Shown here: one piece after another, positions 20,514 through 32,627 of the stretch
How the letters are laid out: each line of letters opens with the position of its first letter
Position numbering within the stretch: the stretch's first letter is position 1
Source: Hyaloraphidium curvatum SAG 235-1
Taxonomy: Eukaryota; Fungi; Monoblepharomycota
Reading direction: 5' to 3'
Length of the DNA stretch: 64,000 nucleotides
Assembly (NCBI GenBank): GCA_025558095.1
Contig: JAIVFI010000014.1
Span: forward strand, 186,001 to 250,000
The notes under the pieces: generated by a model
Told to the model about the DNA's origin: nothing
Seen by the model: the letters and a program-made list of their open reading frames with translations, nothing else
Database searches by the model: none
Made by a program: the position numbers and the translations under genes

Positions 20514-21779
20514 ATGGCGACCCCCACGACTGCCGGCCACAACCTGCGGCCCCGCCGGCCGCATGTGGCCACGGCGCCGCCGCCGGCGACTGCGCCCGTC
20601 GCTGCGTTGCCTGGCGTCGTACCCCCGGACTATCGGTCGGCGCTTGCCTCCCTCTCGACCCGGCTGGACGACCTCCGGGCCGACCTCGACGTCAGACACT
20701 CCCAGACGACGGCCCACTTGCACAAGGTCGAGCAGGCCGCCTTCTCCGCGGTCATGCCCATCCGCGCAGCCCTCGACGCACTCCACCCGGTGCTCAACAC
20801 CCTCGTCAATGTCGGCAACCTGGAGCAGCACGCTCTTGACCGCGTAACGGCGACGCTCGAGCAGCAAGAGGCCCGCCTGGACGCCCAGATCCGCCAGCAG
20901 CGTGACGAGCTCCAGGTGGTCCTCAGTGGCCGCCACCGCGAACTTGAGTTCGCCGTCACCGCCTTGCGCCGGACCGACGACGCTCGTCTCGGTGCCATCG
21001 AGACGCAGCTCGACCGGCTTGCGTTGGTGCTCGAGGCTCAACGTCAGAACTTCAACGGCATTCTCCTGGTGGACGAAGCTACCATCGAGGAGTTGAGGGA
21101 GTTCGGCTCTTCCCTCGCCGGGCTGGTTGCTCAGACCGGGACCAACCTCGAAACCACCATCGAGACCGTCGTCGAGACCAATCTCGCCCGTCACAACAAT
21201 GGCCCCATGGCGGAGTTTGCGGCCGACCTCAAGAGCGTCCTGGCGGCCCATCTGCAGCGATTTGGGTCGGAGCAGCACAAGCAGCTCATGCTTTCAGCTC
21301 AAGACCACACCACGCTCCTCACGGCCGGCCTGAACGCGCAGCGCGAGCACTTCACCAAGACCGCCGACGAGCAACGGGCCCTCCTGCGTCGCTTCCTCGG
21401 CAATCAAGTGGCTCCCCTGGCGGGGCAAACGACGCCCGCCGTGGTCACCTCCACGCCGGTCGGCCGCGTCAAGGACGAGGACCTCGTCACCTCCGACGAT
21501 GAGGCTGGGGATATGCAACCTCCAGCTCCTCGCCCCGAGAGCGTGTCCAGCAGCGACGCCTCCTCCATCGTCTCGCAGGACGACGGCCTCTTGGCCGCCC
21601 TGTACGACGACATCCCGGCCGCTCCCTACAAGTCGACCATGCCCCCGGTCTACACCCCCTCGGCCGCGGACGGCTCAGCCGTGCATGCCGCCTTCGCTCT
21701 CGGCTTTACCCGCCGGCTCCGCGCCCCGCCGCCGAGCGACGACGAGGCGGACGCCGACGTCGACTTTGAGGACGCCTAA
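20514..21779 (+). CDS. Intronless 421-aa coiled-coil accessory ORF in the env position
   Basis: ATG-initiated ORF with strong GC3 bias, heptad-rich core (LSTRLDDLRADLD...LEQQEARLDAQIRQQRDELQ) and acidic tail; no signal peptide or TM seen. Confidence 0.8.
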   Translation: MATPTTAGHNLRPRRPHVATAPPPATAPVAALPGVVPPDYRSALASLSTRLDDLRADLDVRHSQTTAHLHKVEQAAFSAVMPIRAALDALHPVLNTLVNVGNLEQHALDRVTATLEQQEARLDAQIRQQRDELQVVLSGRHRELEFAVTALRRTDDARLGAIETQLDRLALVLEAQRQNFNGILLVDEATIEELREFGSSLAGLVAQTGTNLETTIETVVETNLARHNNGPMAEFAADLKSVLAAHLQRFGSEQHKQLMLSAQDHTTLLTAGLNAQREHFTKTADEQRALLRRFLGNQVAPLAGQTTPAVVTSTPVGRVKDEDLVTSDDEAGDMQPPAPRPESVSSSDASSIVSQDDGLLAALYDDIPAAPYKSTMPPVYTPSAADGSAVHAAFALGFTRRLRAPPPSDDEADADVDFEDA

Positions 21780-21910
21780 GCCACCCTTCGGCCCTACACT
21801 CTCCAACATCTGTTGTCTCCACCTCGGCCTTCAACATCTTCTACTGCAAGCATGACGTCACTCCGCGGAGGATCTTCGATTTCGTGGCGCCGAGGGCGGC
21901 GCCTTCTTTT

Positions 21911-21921
21911 GGGTGGGGGCG
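21911..21921 (+). other. 3' polypurine tract
   Basis: GGGTGGGGGCG preceded by a T-run, abutting the 3' LTR. Confidence 0.8.
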
Positions 21922-22386
21922 TGCGAAGGTACAGGACGTCTGACATTCGGACAAGGGTATTTTCATTTTCGGTTCGGAGGCGTGGAGGCGTCGGTCCTCG
22001 CGATCGACTCGTGATCGACTCGCGATCGACTCGCGAGTGACTCGCGAGTCACTCGCGAGCGACTCGCAAGTGACTCGGCACAGCCACCCTCCTGGGATAT
22101 ATAAAGAGCGGGACATGTAACAGTACAATCTTGATCGCCAGTTGACTCTACGTGCTCTCCGTGTCGTTCGACCACCGTGCGGAACCCCGCCCGGCCGGAT
22201 CCTCGTTCTGAGAGCCCTTGGGACGCACCCCGGGAGACATCCCGTAACCTCTTTCCCCCGGCTACAGTCAAGTATCTTCAGCGCTGTTCGCTTATTCATA
22301 TTCAGGGCCTATCCGACCCGAAGAGCCGAGCGGGATTCGCGCGCCGGGTTAGAGCTTCAGGCCCGGTTCCGACCCGGACCGTCGCA
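21922..22386 (+). repeat. 3' LTR (465 bp)
   Basis: Identical by eye to the 5' LTR except for one fewer 11-bp unit. Confidence 0.97.
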
Positions 22387-23286
22387 GTTCGAGATGACGC
22401 ACCGGGCCAGGTTCTCGACCAAGTCGACGTCCTCCGCAATTCTCCGGCGAAGAGACCTGGACCAACTGATCAGCTTCATCAGCCCCAGGGCGTGGATCGT
22501 TGGGGGCCAGATCAAGCCTGGGAAAACGAGCACGTCAAAGCCGCGCAGAGTAGTGGAGAAGGCGTCGTTGGTGCACCCCACCAGCAAATCCCGAAGCTGG
22601 GGATACCTTCAGCGTAATCGGAGGTCCGCGTCCAGGTACGCCTCCATGCACCGCCGGCCGAGGCCCAAGACGCGGTGGAGCAGCTGACCGAGAACTCGCT
22701 GAGCCATGCCCGCCGGGGGACGCCCTCGCGGCGGGACCATCGGAGGAGTGAAAAAGTTTTCCAGCAGCTCCCGTTCGTCCACGCAGTGCTCTCGTCCCGG
22801 CTCCGACTCCTGTTCGTCGTCCACCAAGCCCCCGAGAAGGACGAGGGCAGCCTCCAGCGACGAAGCAGCCTCCTTTGAGGTATCAAAGGCTTCCAAGGTC
22901 GTGGGGTCGCTGGGAGGGATCGTTTGGTCCTTCCGTCGAGCACGGAGGAACTTGAGGACCTCATCCAAGGCTTCATTCCCAGCAGTGTGCTGGCGCTCGA
23001 TCTCGGCAAGGAAGCCGGCCTCGTCGAAGGCGCTCCAGGACATGGTTGCGGCGAGAATGGAGCACGCGCCGGAATCACGGAGGACGCTGAAAGCACGTCT
23101 GGAGATGCGGCGGTGCGGTTTTCGGGAACAGCAGTACGAGCCGGAAGCTCTCCGCGACTGCTCCCCGCCATCACGGACGACGGGATGGATGATCTGATTG
23201 CCTGCAATCAATTGTCTTCCGAGCGATGCTCGCGACAGCATTTCTTCCCGTGCTTCCTTCACAGAGCAGACCAGAGATCGCCGCCC

Positions 23287-24116
23287 TCAGTTTCCGGTAA
23301 CTTCGCCAAGAGCCACTTTGCGAGCCAAGGCCTGTCTCACTTCGTGATCAACAATCGCATCTACAAGCGACAGTCGGACCGAACCCACTTCAAGGACCAG
23401 CCCCGAGACGACGTGTTTGGCGGCGATCGCGTGCTTCCTGACGTTGGCGACGGTGGTGCAGACCGTGGAGCACATGAAACACTTGAGGTGCCCCTCAGCC
23501 CCGCAAAAGTCGTGTGTCTTGCTGTTCTCCTTCTTCTTAAAGTGAAAGTTGCACACAGAGCACCGGGCCCCGCCCCCGGGGAGCTCGCGGACCACGTTGC
23601 GCATGTTGTCACAGACGCCCTTGTAGTGCCGGGTCTCCATTTTGATCACGGTGTCCTGCCCGTCTTTGTCGGCCGCGAGCTCGACGGCGACCTTGATGCG
23701 CCCCTTGCCCTGGTCATCCTTGTAAACCAGGGCCGTGCGGGGCGTGCAGACCGCCCTCTCTACGTCCTGACTCAGGCAGATCGTCCTGGCCATAGTTTTG
23801 CTCGTGGTGTTGTCGGTGTTGGCCGCTGATGTCCGTCGTCAGGGCCTGAGTCGAACGCTCGCCGCGATCGGGGGGCATGAACGCACCCGTAACCTTGGAG
23901 CGCCCTTTCCCGGCCTTCCTCAGCCCGGCAATCATCCCTCCGCGCTCGGCCTTGCTGCTACGAAAAGGTTGGGTCTCGACGCGGGTACAGCCGGACTTCG
24001 CGCGGGTCCCTGCCGGCATCGGCCGCGGTGAGCTTCTGGCCGGGCCAAAGACGGGGCAGACCGCCCCTACCGTTGCGCGCCTTACTGGCAGCTGCCTTGG
24101 TAGTTTTCCTGGCCAT
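23287..24116 (-). CDS. Basic-tailed Cys/His zinc-finger protein, paralog A
   Basis: First exon MARKTTKAAASKARN. Last exon HYKGVCDNMR...GGGARCSVCNFHFKK...HDFCGAEGHLKCFMC...RKH. Middle exon boundaries are approximate. Confidence 0.65.
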
Positions 24117-25606
24117 TCTCGCGGTTTCTTGGATGGGTTGGTGGGGTCGATTTTTCCTAGTTGCGGATCCGGTTAGCATCAAGCCAGTAGGGGCTCGCCG
24201 CTGCCTCCACGACCCGCGCGATGTGCCAGTCCTGCGGCCATGATCCCGTGGCCACAGCGGCCCCTAGTTGCGCGCAACGGGTTCTGGCCGCCGGCGGCGG
24301 CGCTCCGGCCCGCATGGGGCCGCGGCGCGCGGGCGGGAACGCGGTCCGCCGCGGGCACGAAACTCACGAATGCGCCCGTCGAACGGCTTGCGCGCCCGGC
24401 AACGCGTTGCGGGTGACCTTGGGAGGGTCGCCTTGTGAGTGGATGGGCGAGGCTGCTGGCGGAAGAGGGGGCGCGGCCAGGCGTAGTTGCGGGATGGCTG
24501 CCTTGCCGGCACCGCCAGCACCAGCCCACACATGTCTCGCTTGTACCCGGATCCCACCCAACTGAACGCTCCCGAGCCGATCTGGAAGCATACAGCCGAT
24601 ACCGAATAGGTCCTCCTTTGCCCTTTGACCGCGATTCGCATGGGATTCGGGGCCCCTTCTCCCCCGACGACCACGGCAAGTCGCTCGCATCCGATGGCCG
24701 GATCACGCCTCCATCGAGCCACAAATCTCGTGCCGCATAGAGGAGAGCTCTTTTATGCGTTTGATGGTGCCCAATGCAGCCGCAAAGGTCCCGGCATCCG
24801 CGCGCAGCGCGCTCTTCTACCATAGATCATCCCAAGGAATTTCGGAGAATGGTCGACGCGGCGAGGTCTCTTTTGGCTGTTCCGCACCCGGTCGTGATCA
24901 GCCGAAGGATTCCGATACCGATGGGCTCCGTCACAGTTGCTCCAATCCGACGGCCTCGGCCGCAGAACGAATGCTTGTATTCGTTTGCCAGCGCAGTACT
25001 CTCCACAAGCGGAAAGATCAATCAGTCTGCATCATGGTGCAGGGACACTCACACGCGGTGATGAAATGCCAGGCGACCGACATCGATGATGCTGTCGGTC
25101 GCCCGTCGTCGGGCCGGACTGCGCTTTACCGTCTCCTTATCCTGCATCTCCCACCAAGGCTTGCAGCTTCGAAAATGAAAAACACTGAACTCTCTGCAAT
25201 CCATAAGAACTCGAAGCATAGATGACGAAGACCATCGTGATCGCTGTCTTCGACCAAGGTGCGGGTGAGAGGGTTCACTTGAGACGAGGGTCCGCGGAAA
25301 CCGATACCAGGATCCGTCCCCCATCCGTCTATCCGCAGTCGCCGCGCGGGGCGCAGCCGCGCAAAACGGCTTTGGAAATGAGAGAGACACCACCTCACAG
25401 AAACACTCTATCGTCCCATTTCGCTGCCCGCCAACGCGTTGGTGCGGGAGAGTTTGATCCGCCGCCGCCCGCGTCTCGGCCGCTACCCGGATCCGAGTTG
25501 ACGGCCAAACCCAGACGCTTGTCCAACGGCCTCATCTCGGAATCCCGGTGCTTGCTCGGCTACGCGGGAGCAATGCCGGGACGCTCTGACGTCGTGGTTT
25601 GTACTG

Positions 25607-26179
25607 ATGACGCGGTGCATGTTCGGCCCCGTCTGGATCGAGGACCCGCACCACCCGGTCATCCAAGCGCTCAGACAGCAGGACCGAGCGCTCGTCCTCG
25701 AGGTTGAGACGGAGGGCCAGCTGGCTCAGGCGGTCGCGTTCCTCGGAAAGGCGAAGCGGGACGAGCTCGGCGCCGAGGGCAGCGCGAACCCCGGCGCCGG
25801 GAGGGGCGCCGCCAAGCCCGTCCTGAAGGCGCTGTCGGCCGCCATGGAACTGATCGGATCGAGGCTCGACAAGGTCAAGGACTTCCGCGACCAAGCCGAG
25901 GCGGCGTGCAAGCTCATCCGCCGCGCGGCCGGGGGCGGGGAGCCGACCGAGCTCGAGCTCGGGCTCGCTGCGCTGCCCGCCGTCGTCGACAGGATCACGG
26001 CCGGCATGCCGCCCTCCACCGATCCGTGGCACGCGTTCGCGGTGAAGCACTTCGGTCCGATCGTGCTGGGAGAGCTCGAAACGGCGAAGGAGCGCAAGGA
26101 ATGGAGGTTGGACGATGCGACGGAGAGAGGTTGGGGCAGGGTGCGAGAGAAGCTTGCAGGGATGGGGCACATGGTCTGA
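25607..26179 (+). CDS. Hypothetical helical protein
   Basis: 190-aa ORF with coding-like GC3 bias; no recognisable motif; start uncertain. Confidence 0.5.
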   Translation: MTRCMFGPVWIEDPHHPVIQALRQQDRALVLEVETEGQLAQAVAFLGKAKRDELGAEGSANPGAGRGAAKPVLKALSAAMELIGSRLDKVKDFRDQAEAACKLIRRAAGGGEPTELELGLAALPAVVDRITAGMPPSTDPWHAFAVKHFGPIVLGELETAKERKEWRLDDATERGWGRVREKLAGMGHMV

Positions 26180-27081
26180 GTGGAGATGTCGAACTGGCTT
26201 GAGGTGGTGGCTTTGAAGCAAGGCACCTGATTCTACCGAGTTAAACCCGATACGATGATACGACTTTGGGAAGATACATGTTGTACATTGATACCGAGTA
26301 GAACGAACAACGGCTTCGGAAGCGGCCCAGACTGAGTGACTGGCGCCCGCGATCCGAGGAGTCAAGCTGGGAGCACCAATTCCAAGGGAGAAGCACCCCA
26401 TCGTGACGGCAGATTGACGTAATGGATTGTGGAGCAGTTTGGCTCCGAATCAGGCCCGAATCTTTGTGTGTGAAATAGCTGGTGGTGCGTCCCGTTTCGG
26501 CAAGGCATGCAGGGCGGACGGCATGGCCTCCGAAACCACAAGGTGAACCAAAATCTGCTGTCCGCCCCACACCTCGCACGGTACGTCCATCTCCCCTGCA
26601 CGCGCACCGACGCGTTGGCGCGACGGTCCTCTGATGAGCCTTGGGCCTCCGAAACGCGCGCCGCCGGCAGATGCCCGGCGCCCGCCCGCCCACCCCGGCC
26701 ATGTCGCTCACGCGTTCCCGCCCTTCGCCGCAGCGGATCCCGCCCGACGTTCCCCACGCGCCGAAAACCGACCTAGGACGGCCTGCCGGCGCGGTCCCAA
26801 GCCCGCCGCTCGCTCCTGCGCAAGGTTGCCGCCCACCCCCCGGAGCTGCCAAGAAATCAGCGCGCCAAGGCGCCGTCGCCGACGCTATCCCAGCGGACAC
26901 CGCTGATCTCTGAGTAAGTAGCACATTCGGCGCCTACCCGGCGCACCCGCGATGCCGCACACGTCGTTTTCGCGTCTGGGCAGCGGTCGCGTCGCGCGCG
27001 CTCCGCGTTGGAGCACCTTGTTGGATGGCTGACAGCGACTCCCTCACCCCAAGAAGTTCGACCCCCACTCGCGTTCGCAAA

Positions 27082-27915
27082 ATGCCCAGGAAGGCCAACA
27101 AGAAAATAACCGCGAAAGCCAAGAAGGGTAAGTGCATTGCGGCGCGAGGACGGAGGTGAAAAGAAGGCGTGACGCCTTCTGTACTAGGCGCCGGCTCCGC
27201 CCGCGCGAAGCCCCTCCGCGCCAAGACCAAGGGAGTCCAGAAGCGCCCCGGATCGCCCTCCAAGATCGTCAAGAAGCTACCCAAGATGCGCAGGGCCGGA
27301 GGGCGACGTGGAAGGGCGATTCCCGACCAGCATGTCCCCGGTAAGCGCGGACAGTCCAAGCCAGGTCCGACGCCCTTTGCTCACTTCCACACTCGCACGC
27401 CAGCGAACGCAATCAACAAGACCAACGCCAGGAAAAGGTGCTTCGAAATGGAAGAGAACTTCCGCGCGGAGAACCCCGGGATGTGGCCCGAGCCCGTCAA
27501 GTGCGAGCCTTGGGACTATGTCGCGACCATGCAGGGCGGCGCGGTGCAGGTCAAGCCGGTCCTGCACCCCCAAGGCACCAAGGTGGCGGTTTCCAAGACG
27601 TTCCACGTCAAGCACGTCGACATCTGCCCCAACAAGCGGCGCTACGCGCTGATCTACGCGCTCGGCGGCGTGGCCTGCGTCGCCTGCCAGAGGTTCTTCC
27701 CCAAGGTGCACAACGGCGAAAGCCACGCATTCTGCTCATCGCAGAAACACATCGCCTGCTTCGTGTGCAAGGAGAAATTCAACACCCTGGCTGGGTTCCA
27801 GAGGCACTCGGACAAGGGCACGTGCATCGCCGAAGATCACGGCTACGAGGTCGAGGAAGGTGGGCGGTACGCCGGTATCGAAAGTGCCGAGCTCATGGGC
27901 GATTTGCTCCTCTAG
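27082..27915 (+). CDS. Basic-tailed Cys/His zinc-finger protein, paralog B
   Basis: MPRKANKKITAKAKK followed by a GTAAGT donor. HVDICPNKRR...GGVACVACQRFFPK...HAFCSSQKHIACFVC...QRH aligns with paralog A. Confidence 0.7.
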
Positions 27916-28151
27916 TGTGACTGCAACCACGGAGGAGAAACAGACGAGCTTGTATTGGATGCCGGAACCGCGGCGGCGGGAGTAACATGGCGAAGATGGG
28001 AATGCCACTCACTGTAAATATTCAAATTGAGCTGTTTATCTCTTGATTTGCAGCCTTCTGCTCCAAGAACGGCGGGATCGGGAGGCGTCGAGTAGTGTTG
28101 GCCGGTGTCGCGGGGCCGCGGTCTCACCTGCGCGACGAACCGTTTCCGAAC

Positions 28152-31000
28152 ATGGCCTCCCCGCCGCCCGCCGGGGGCGGCGGCAAGGGCAAGGGCCGGC
28201 GACGCGTGTCGGAGGCGGCGCCGCCCGACCCGGAGGTTTTGGAGGAGCCTGCGGCGGCGGAGGTGCACGGGGGGGACGGCGAGCACGCGCAGCACGACCC
28301 GTTTCACGGCCCGTTCGAGGCCGAGTTCGGCGACGGCGAGCTGCTCGGGGTGGGTCGGCCGTTGATACGCCGGAATCTCGCGTCTAACTGGTGTTTAAAC
28401 CTGTGCGTGGGTGTGCGCTCGCGGAACCGCAGGCCGGGGAGGTCCCGCAGCACCTGCGCGCCATGGAGATGCACCAGTTCTACCGCGACCGCGCCGAGTG
28501 GTGGCACGCGCCGGAGCACCAGGAGTTCCTGCACTATGCCGACGCCGAGCGGGAACGGCGGGCGGCCGGCGGCGACCCGGCCGACGCGCTGCCGCAGCCC
28601 GGTCCGCCCGGCCCGCACGCCGTCGTCGCGCAGACGACGCTGTTCCACGGCGCGGGGCCCGCCGCGGACGTCGTCAACCAGGTCACGGCGCGCTACGAGC
28701 TGTACCGCGGCCGCGGGTCGGGCGTGCCGGGGGGCGAGACCGGCCTGGGCGAGCCGTACCCAACCGAGCGCAATCCGGACGTCGAGCGCGAGTGGCTCAT
28801 GCGGAGCTACAATCTCAAGCTCAGGCCGGTGCTGCCGAGGAACGGGTTCGTCGACGTGGAATCGATCAGGAAGCTGCGCTTCATCAGGGGGATGCCCGTG
28901 AAGCCGCCGCGGCCGCCGGCAACGGGGACTTTCGGAACCGGCGCCGTCAGGCCTGTTCTACCTGCCACTGGGACGTTTGGAGCGAGGCCGATCGGCGCAA
29001 GGCCTTTACCCGTCGGTGCAGGACCCGGCGTCGCCCGCCCAGCGGCTCCTGCCGGAGCGCCCGGCACTCCAGCAAACGCTGCGACACCCGGCGCCCCACC
29101 TGCTCGGCCGCCGATCGCACGTCCTCCACTTGCAAGACCGGCGACTCCAGGAGCGATACCCGCGAGGCCCGGCGTGCCCGGACGCCCGCCCGTTCGCGCG
29201 CCTGGCGTCCCCGTAGGCCCACCTGGGCAGCCTGGTGTTCCGTCACGCCCGCCCGGGCAACCTGGGGATCCCGTACGCCCGCCAGGACGACCCGGCGTGC
29301 CAGTTCGCCCCGTTGGACAGCCAGTGCAGCCTGGACAGCCCGGCCGACCGCCTGTGCGCCCCGTTGTCGCCGGCCGCCCGGGCGCACGCCCGCCTGGACC
29401 TCCCGGAGCACTTGGACGCCCGCCTGCCGCGCCTTTGAACCCCGCTGGACGGCCGCCTGGAGTCGTGGCTAGGCCGCCTGGTGCCGTTGGAAGGCCGCCG
29501 CAGGCCGTTGGCAGGCCTCGGCCGCCGCCTGCCGTCAGGCCGATCGGAGAGGACGCGGGCGATGCGGCGCAAGATGTGGACGTGCGGCCCTCGCTCCCGG
29601 GCCCGGTGGTCCAGTTGCCGGCCGACGGTGCGAGGCCGCCGGCCCGACCTCCGCTTGCGCGACCTCCGCTGGGACGGCCGCCTGCTGGGCGTCCGTCCGT
29701 CGCGGGGCGTCCCCCCGTTGCGCGGGCCCCGATGGCTCGTCCTCCGGCGGTGGCTGCCGGCAGTCCTCCGGGAGAGGCTGGTCGCCCGCCCGTGCCCGTT
29801 CCTGGTGCTGCAGCCAGTGCTGCACCTGGTGCTGCACCTGGCCTTGCGCCCGGCGCTGCTGCTGCTCCTGGCGTGGCACCTGCCGCTGCACCGGGGGCAC
29901 CACTGCCAGGGGCACCCGGAGAACCCGCGCCGCCGCCCGGCGTGCGTGTGCTCCCAAAGCCCCGCCTCGGTCGCCCCCCGAAGAACCCTCCCCCTCCAGG
30001 TGTCGAATACGTGCCCCGCCCGCGCCCCATGCCGGTCGTGCGGGGCCCGCCGCGCGCGGCGCCGACCGTGTTCCGGCCGCTCTCCGCCGGGCTGCCGCAG
30101 GACTCGTTCGCCGTCAAGCGCAAGGCGGAGCCCATGGGCACCGTTCCGCTGGGCGGTGCTAAGAGGCCGCGGTTGGACGGGTCGAGCCCGGCGAGGCCGC
30201 CGGCCACTGCTCCCGGTATGCCGAGGCCGCCCGTCGCTGCTCCCGGTGCGCCGCGGCCGCCCGTCGCTGCTCCTGGTGCGCCGAGGCCGCCCGTCAGTGC
30301 TCCTAGTGCACCGAGGCCGACCGTGGCTCCCTCGGCGCCCGCAGCACCTGCATCTGCACCTGCACCTGCAGCTGCCGCAGCTCCCACGGTGAATCATGTG
30401 GCTCCGGCACCTCGCCCTGCCGCGCAACCCGCCGCCCCGGCGCGGCCGCCCGCGGTGCCCACCCCGGCCGCGGCTTCCTCGCCTCCGTCTGCGACCCACG
30501 GCCCCTCCCCCCACGCCGCAGACTGGCGCTTCCGCCTGCGCTTCGGCGAGTTCGTGGAGGTGCTTTTTGACGAGCTCGGCGCCGCGTACCCGTGCCGCGC
30601 GCTGTGGTATGTCCCCGCAGAGCTTGACCCCGATCCCGAGTCGCCCCAGGCTGGCGAGCCGGCGAGCAAGGGCCATTTCCTGGTTGTTCACGCGATCGGC
30701 TGGCCCACCAAGGAGGACGCGTGGGTGTTCCTCGACCGGTACGGCCTCTCGCTCCTGCGCAAGCCGGGCGAGTCGCCCGATCTCGAGCCGATACCCCCGG
30801 ACAAGGCCGAGAAGGAGGCGTACCTGTTCGATTTCACCTCGCCGTCGTACGTCGAGGACGTGCGCGGGGCGACATGGGACGTGAAGCGGTCCGATCTGCC
30901 GAGCCTGCGGGGGGTCTGGGTGCGGCCCGGGTGGGACAGGGCGGTGGGGAGGCGCAAGTTCGTCAGCGGCAGGCAGAGGGGCAGGATCAGGCCGCTGTAG
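28152..31000 (+). CDS. Pro/Ala/Arg-rich protein with AT-hook-like motif and C-terminal Tudor-knot/chromo-barrel-like domain
   Basis: Intron at ~28350-28432. KPRLGRPPK; FGEFVEV...AYPCRAL...VVHAIGWPTKEDAWV resembles HYxGWxxxxDEWV. PRPPVAAPGA repeats at ~30220-30330. Confidence 0.7.
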
Positions 31001-31195
31001 CCGCCGATGAGGCAGATTTGGATATTCGATTCCACGACACACGAGGTCCGCGCCTTTTGGGGCTCGCGAGATCGCGCGCTTTTCCGCCCGGCCGCGCCGT
31101 CCAAGTTCAACCGCTCTCGTTCGGCCCCCCGGGCCACCAATCCCGGGCAGCGCCCCCTCCACGGGTGCAATTGCGCCCGGCGCTCGCCTGCCACC

Positions 31196-32468
31196 ATGGC
31201 GCCGCCGCTCTTTGCTGTGTGGAACCAGTACATCACCTGGCCCGACGACTACCTCCCCATCATCCCCTACGCGTTCGGCACGGCGTTCGTGCACTGGCTG
31301 ATCAAGGACGCGCTCGTGACCGTGCGTGACCGTATTTCCGAAGTGGGGCGCCGGGTGACCGCGATCCGCAGCCCCTGGCAAAGAAGTACCTCGTCGAGGA
31401 CCAGCTGGCAAAGGAGGTCGCCGCCGCCAAACGAGCCGCCGCGGCGGCCAACGGCGCCGGGAACGGGGTGCAGCCCAACGCGACGGTCGCGGAGCAGCGC
31501 AAGGGCAAGGCGGAGAAGGCCGCGGCGGAGAAGGAGGCGGCGGACAAGGCGGCGGCCGAGGCAAAGAAGAAAGCCAGCGAGGACGATGACGGGCCGCGCT
31601 ACCTGGAGGAGAAATTCGGCATGGCCGTGTGGAACTTTGTCTGCCACGGGTTCCTCTGGTGGGTGTCGAGCGGGCCGTCCGGGGTGCGGGGGAGGCTCAC
31701 CCGTGGGGCAGGCTGTACGGCTGGTACGCGATCCGCGACGAGCCGTGGGTTTCGGACCCGCGGCTGTGGTTCGAGGGCTGGCCGGCGAGCCAGACCATGT
31801 CGCCGCGGATGTTCACGCTCTACTACCTGTTCACGGGGTACTACGTCTACGCCTTTTTCGACCTGTTCCGGCAGCTGCGGCAGAAGGACTTTGCCCAGAT
31901 GGTCGTGCACCACGCCGTCTCGTGCTTCCTCCTGCTGTTCGCGTTCTCGTACGGTTTCCACCGGGTCGGGGCCGTGCTGATGCTGTACCACGAGGCGTCG
32001 GACCCGTTCATGGAGGCGGCAAAGGTGGCCGTATACACTGGTTACCAACGGGTGGGTTACTTAAACCGTTCATTGCGCCAGCAGCACTAACAGCATTGCA
32101 GGTTGCGGATTTGCTGTTTGTGGCGTTCGCCGCCGTTTTTATTGTGACGAGGGACATCCAGTATCCCATCAACGTCATCTACCCCGCGTGGTGGGGACTT
32201 CCCCGGTTACTTTTTGACCACAACTGAGTTTCCGCCCCGGCGCAGGAAGTACGCGCCCACGACCTACCCCGACGGCACGCCCGACCCGGGCATCCTCCCC
32301 GTCATCATTTTCGCCCTCCTAACACTCCTAGCCCTCCACATCTTCTGGTCGGCGATCATCGTCTCGATCGCCATCAAATTTATCCGCGAGGGACAGGTCA
32401 AGGGGGATGTGAGAGACCAGCACTTTGACGAGGCTGAAATGGAGAGGGTAGAGCATGCGGCCGAGTGA
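31196..32468 (+). CDS. TLC-domain ceramide synthase (LAG1/LAC1 family), multi-exon
   Basis: Lag1 motif QKDFAQMVVHH...FHRVGAVLMLYHEASDPFMEAAK, then LHIFW and GDVRD. Confidence 0.88.
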
Positions 32469-32627
32469 ATCAACAAATGGAAACCACGCTCTGCTATCCA
32501 TTCGTCCGAATGCTCAATCACAGAACTCTGTACAAAGCGTCACTACCGGTCCGTATTTACACTCTTGTGGAAGATTTCAGCATTCAGCAACAGTCCACGC
32601 CCGCACAGCGGGCAAGCATGTCCACGA

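Larger units (their letters stand above)
11743..22386 (+). mobile_element. Full-length Ty3/gypsy LTR retrotransposon with chromodomain integrase and two accessory genes
   Basis: Near-identical LTRs TGCGA...TCGCA, TSD GTTC (11739-11742 and 22387-22390), PBS, PPT, gag, and pol with PR-RT-RH-IN-chromo order. Confidence 0.98.
11349..23043 (-). pseudogene. Uncharacterised host gene split by the LTR retrotransposon (5' part 22391-23043, 3' part 11349-11742)
   Basis: Removing the element and one TSD restores an in-frame join ...ENLARCVISN-AYL.... ATG at 23043 (MSWSAFDEAGFLAEIERQH). The TGA at 22609 needs an intron or is a nonsense change. Confidence 0.5.

Noticed and set aside
20514-21779. Envelope glycoprotein
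   Set aside because: No signal peptide, TM segment or cysteines.
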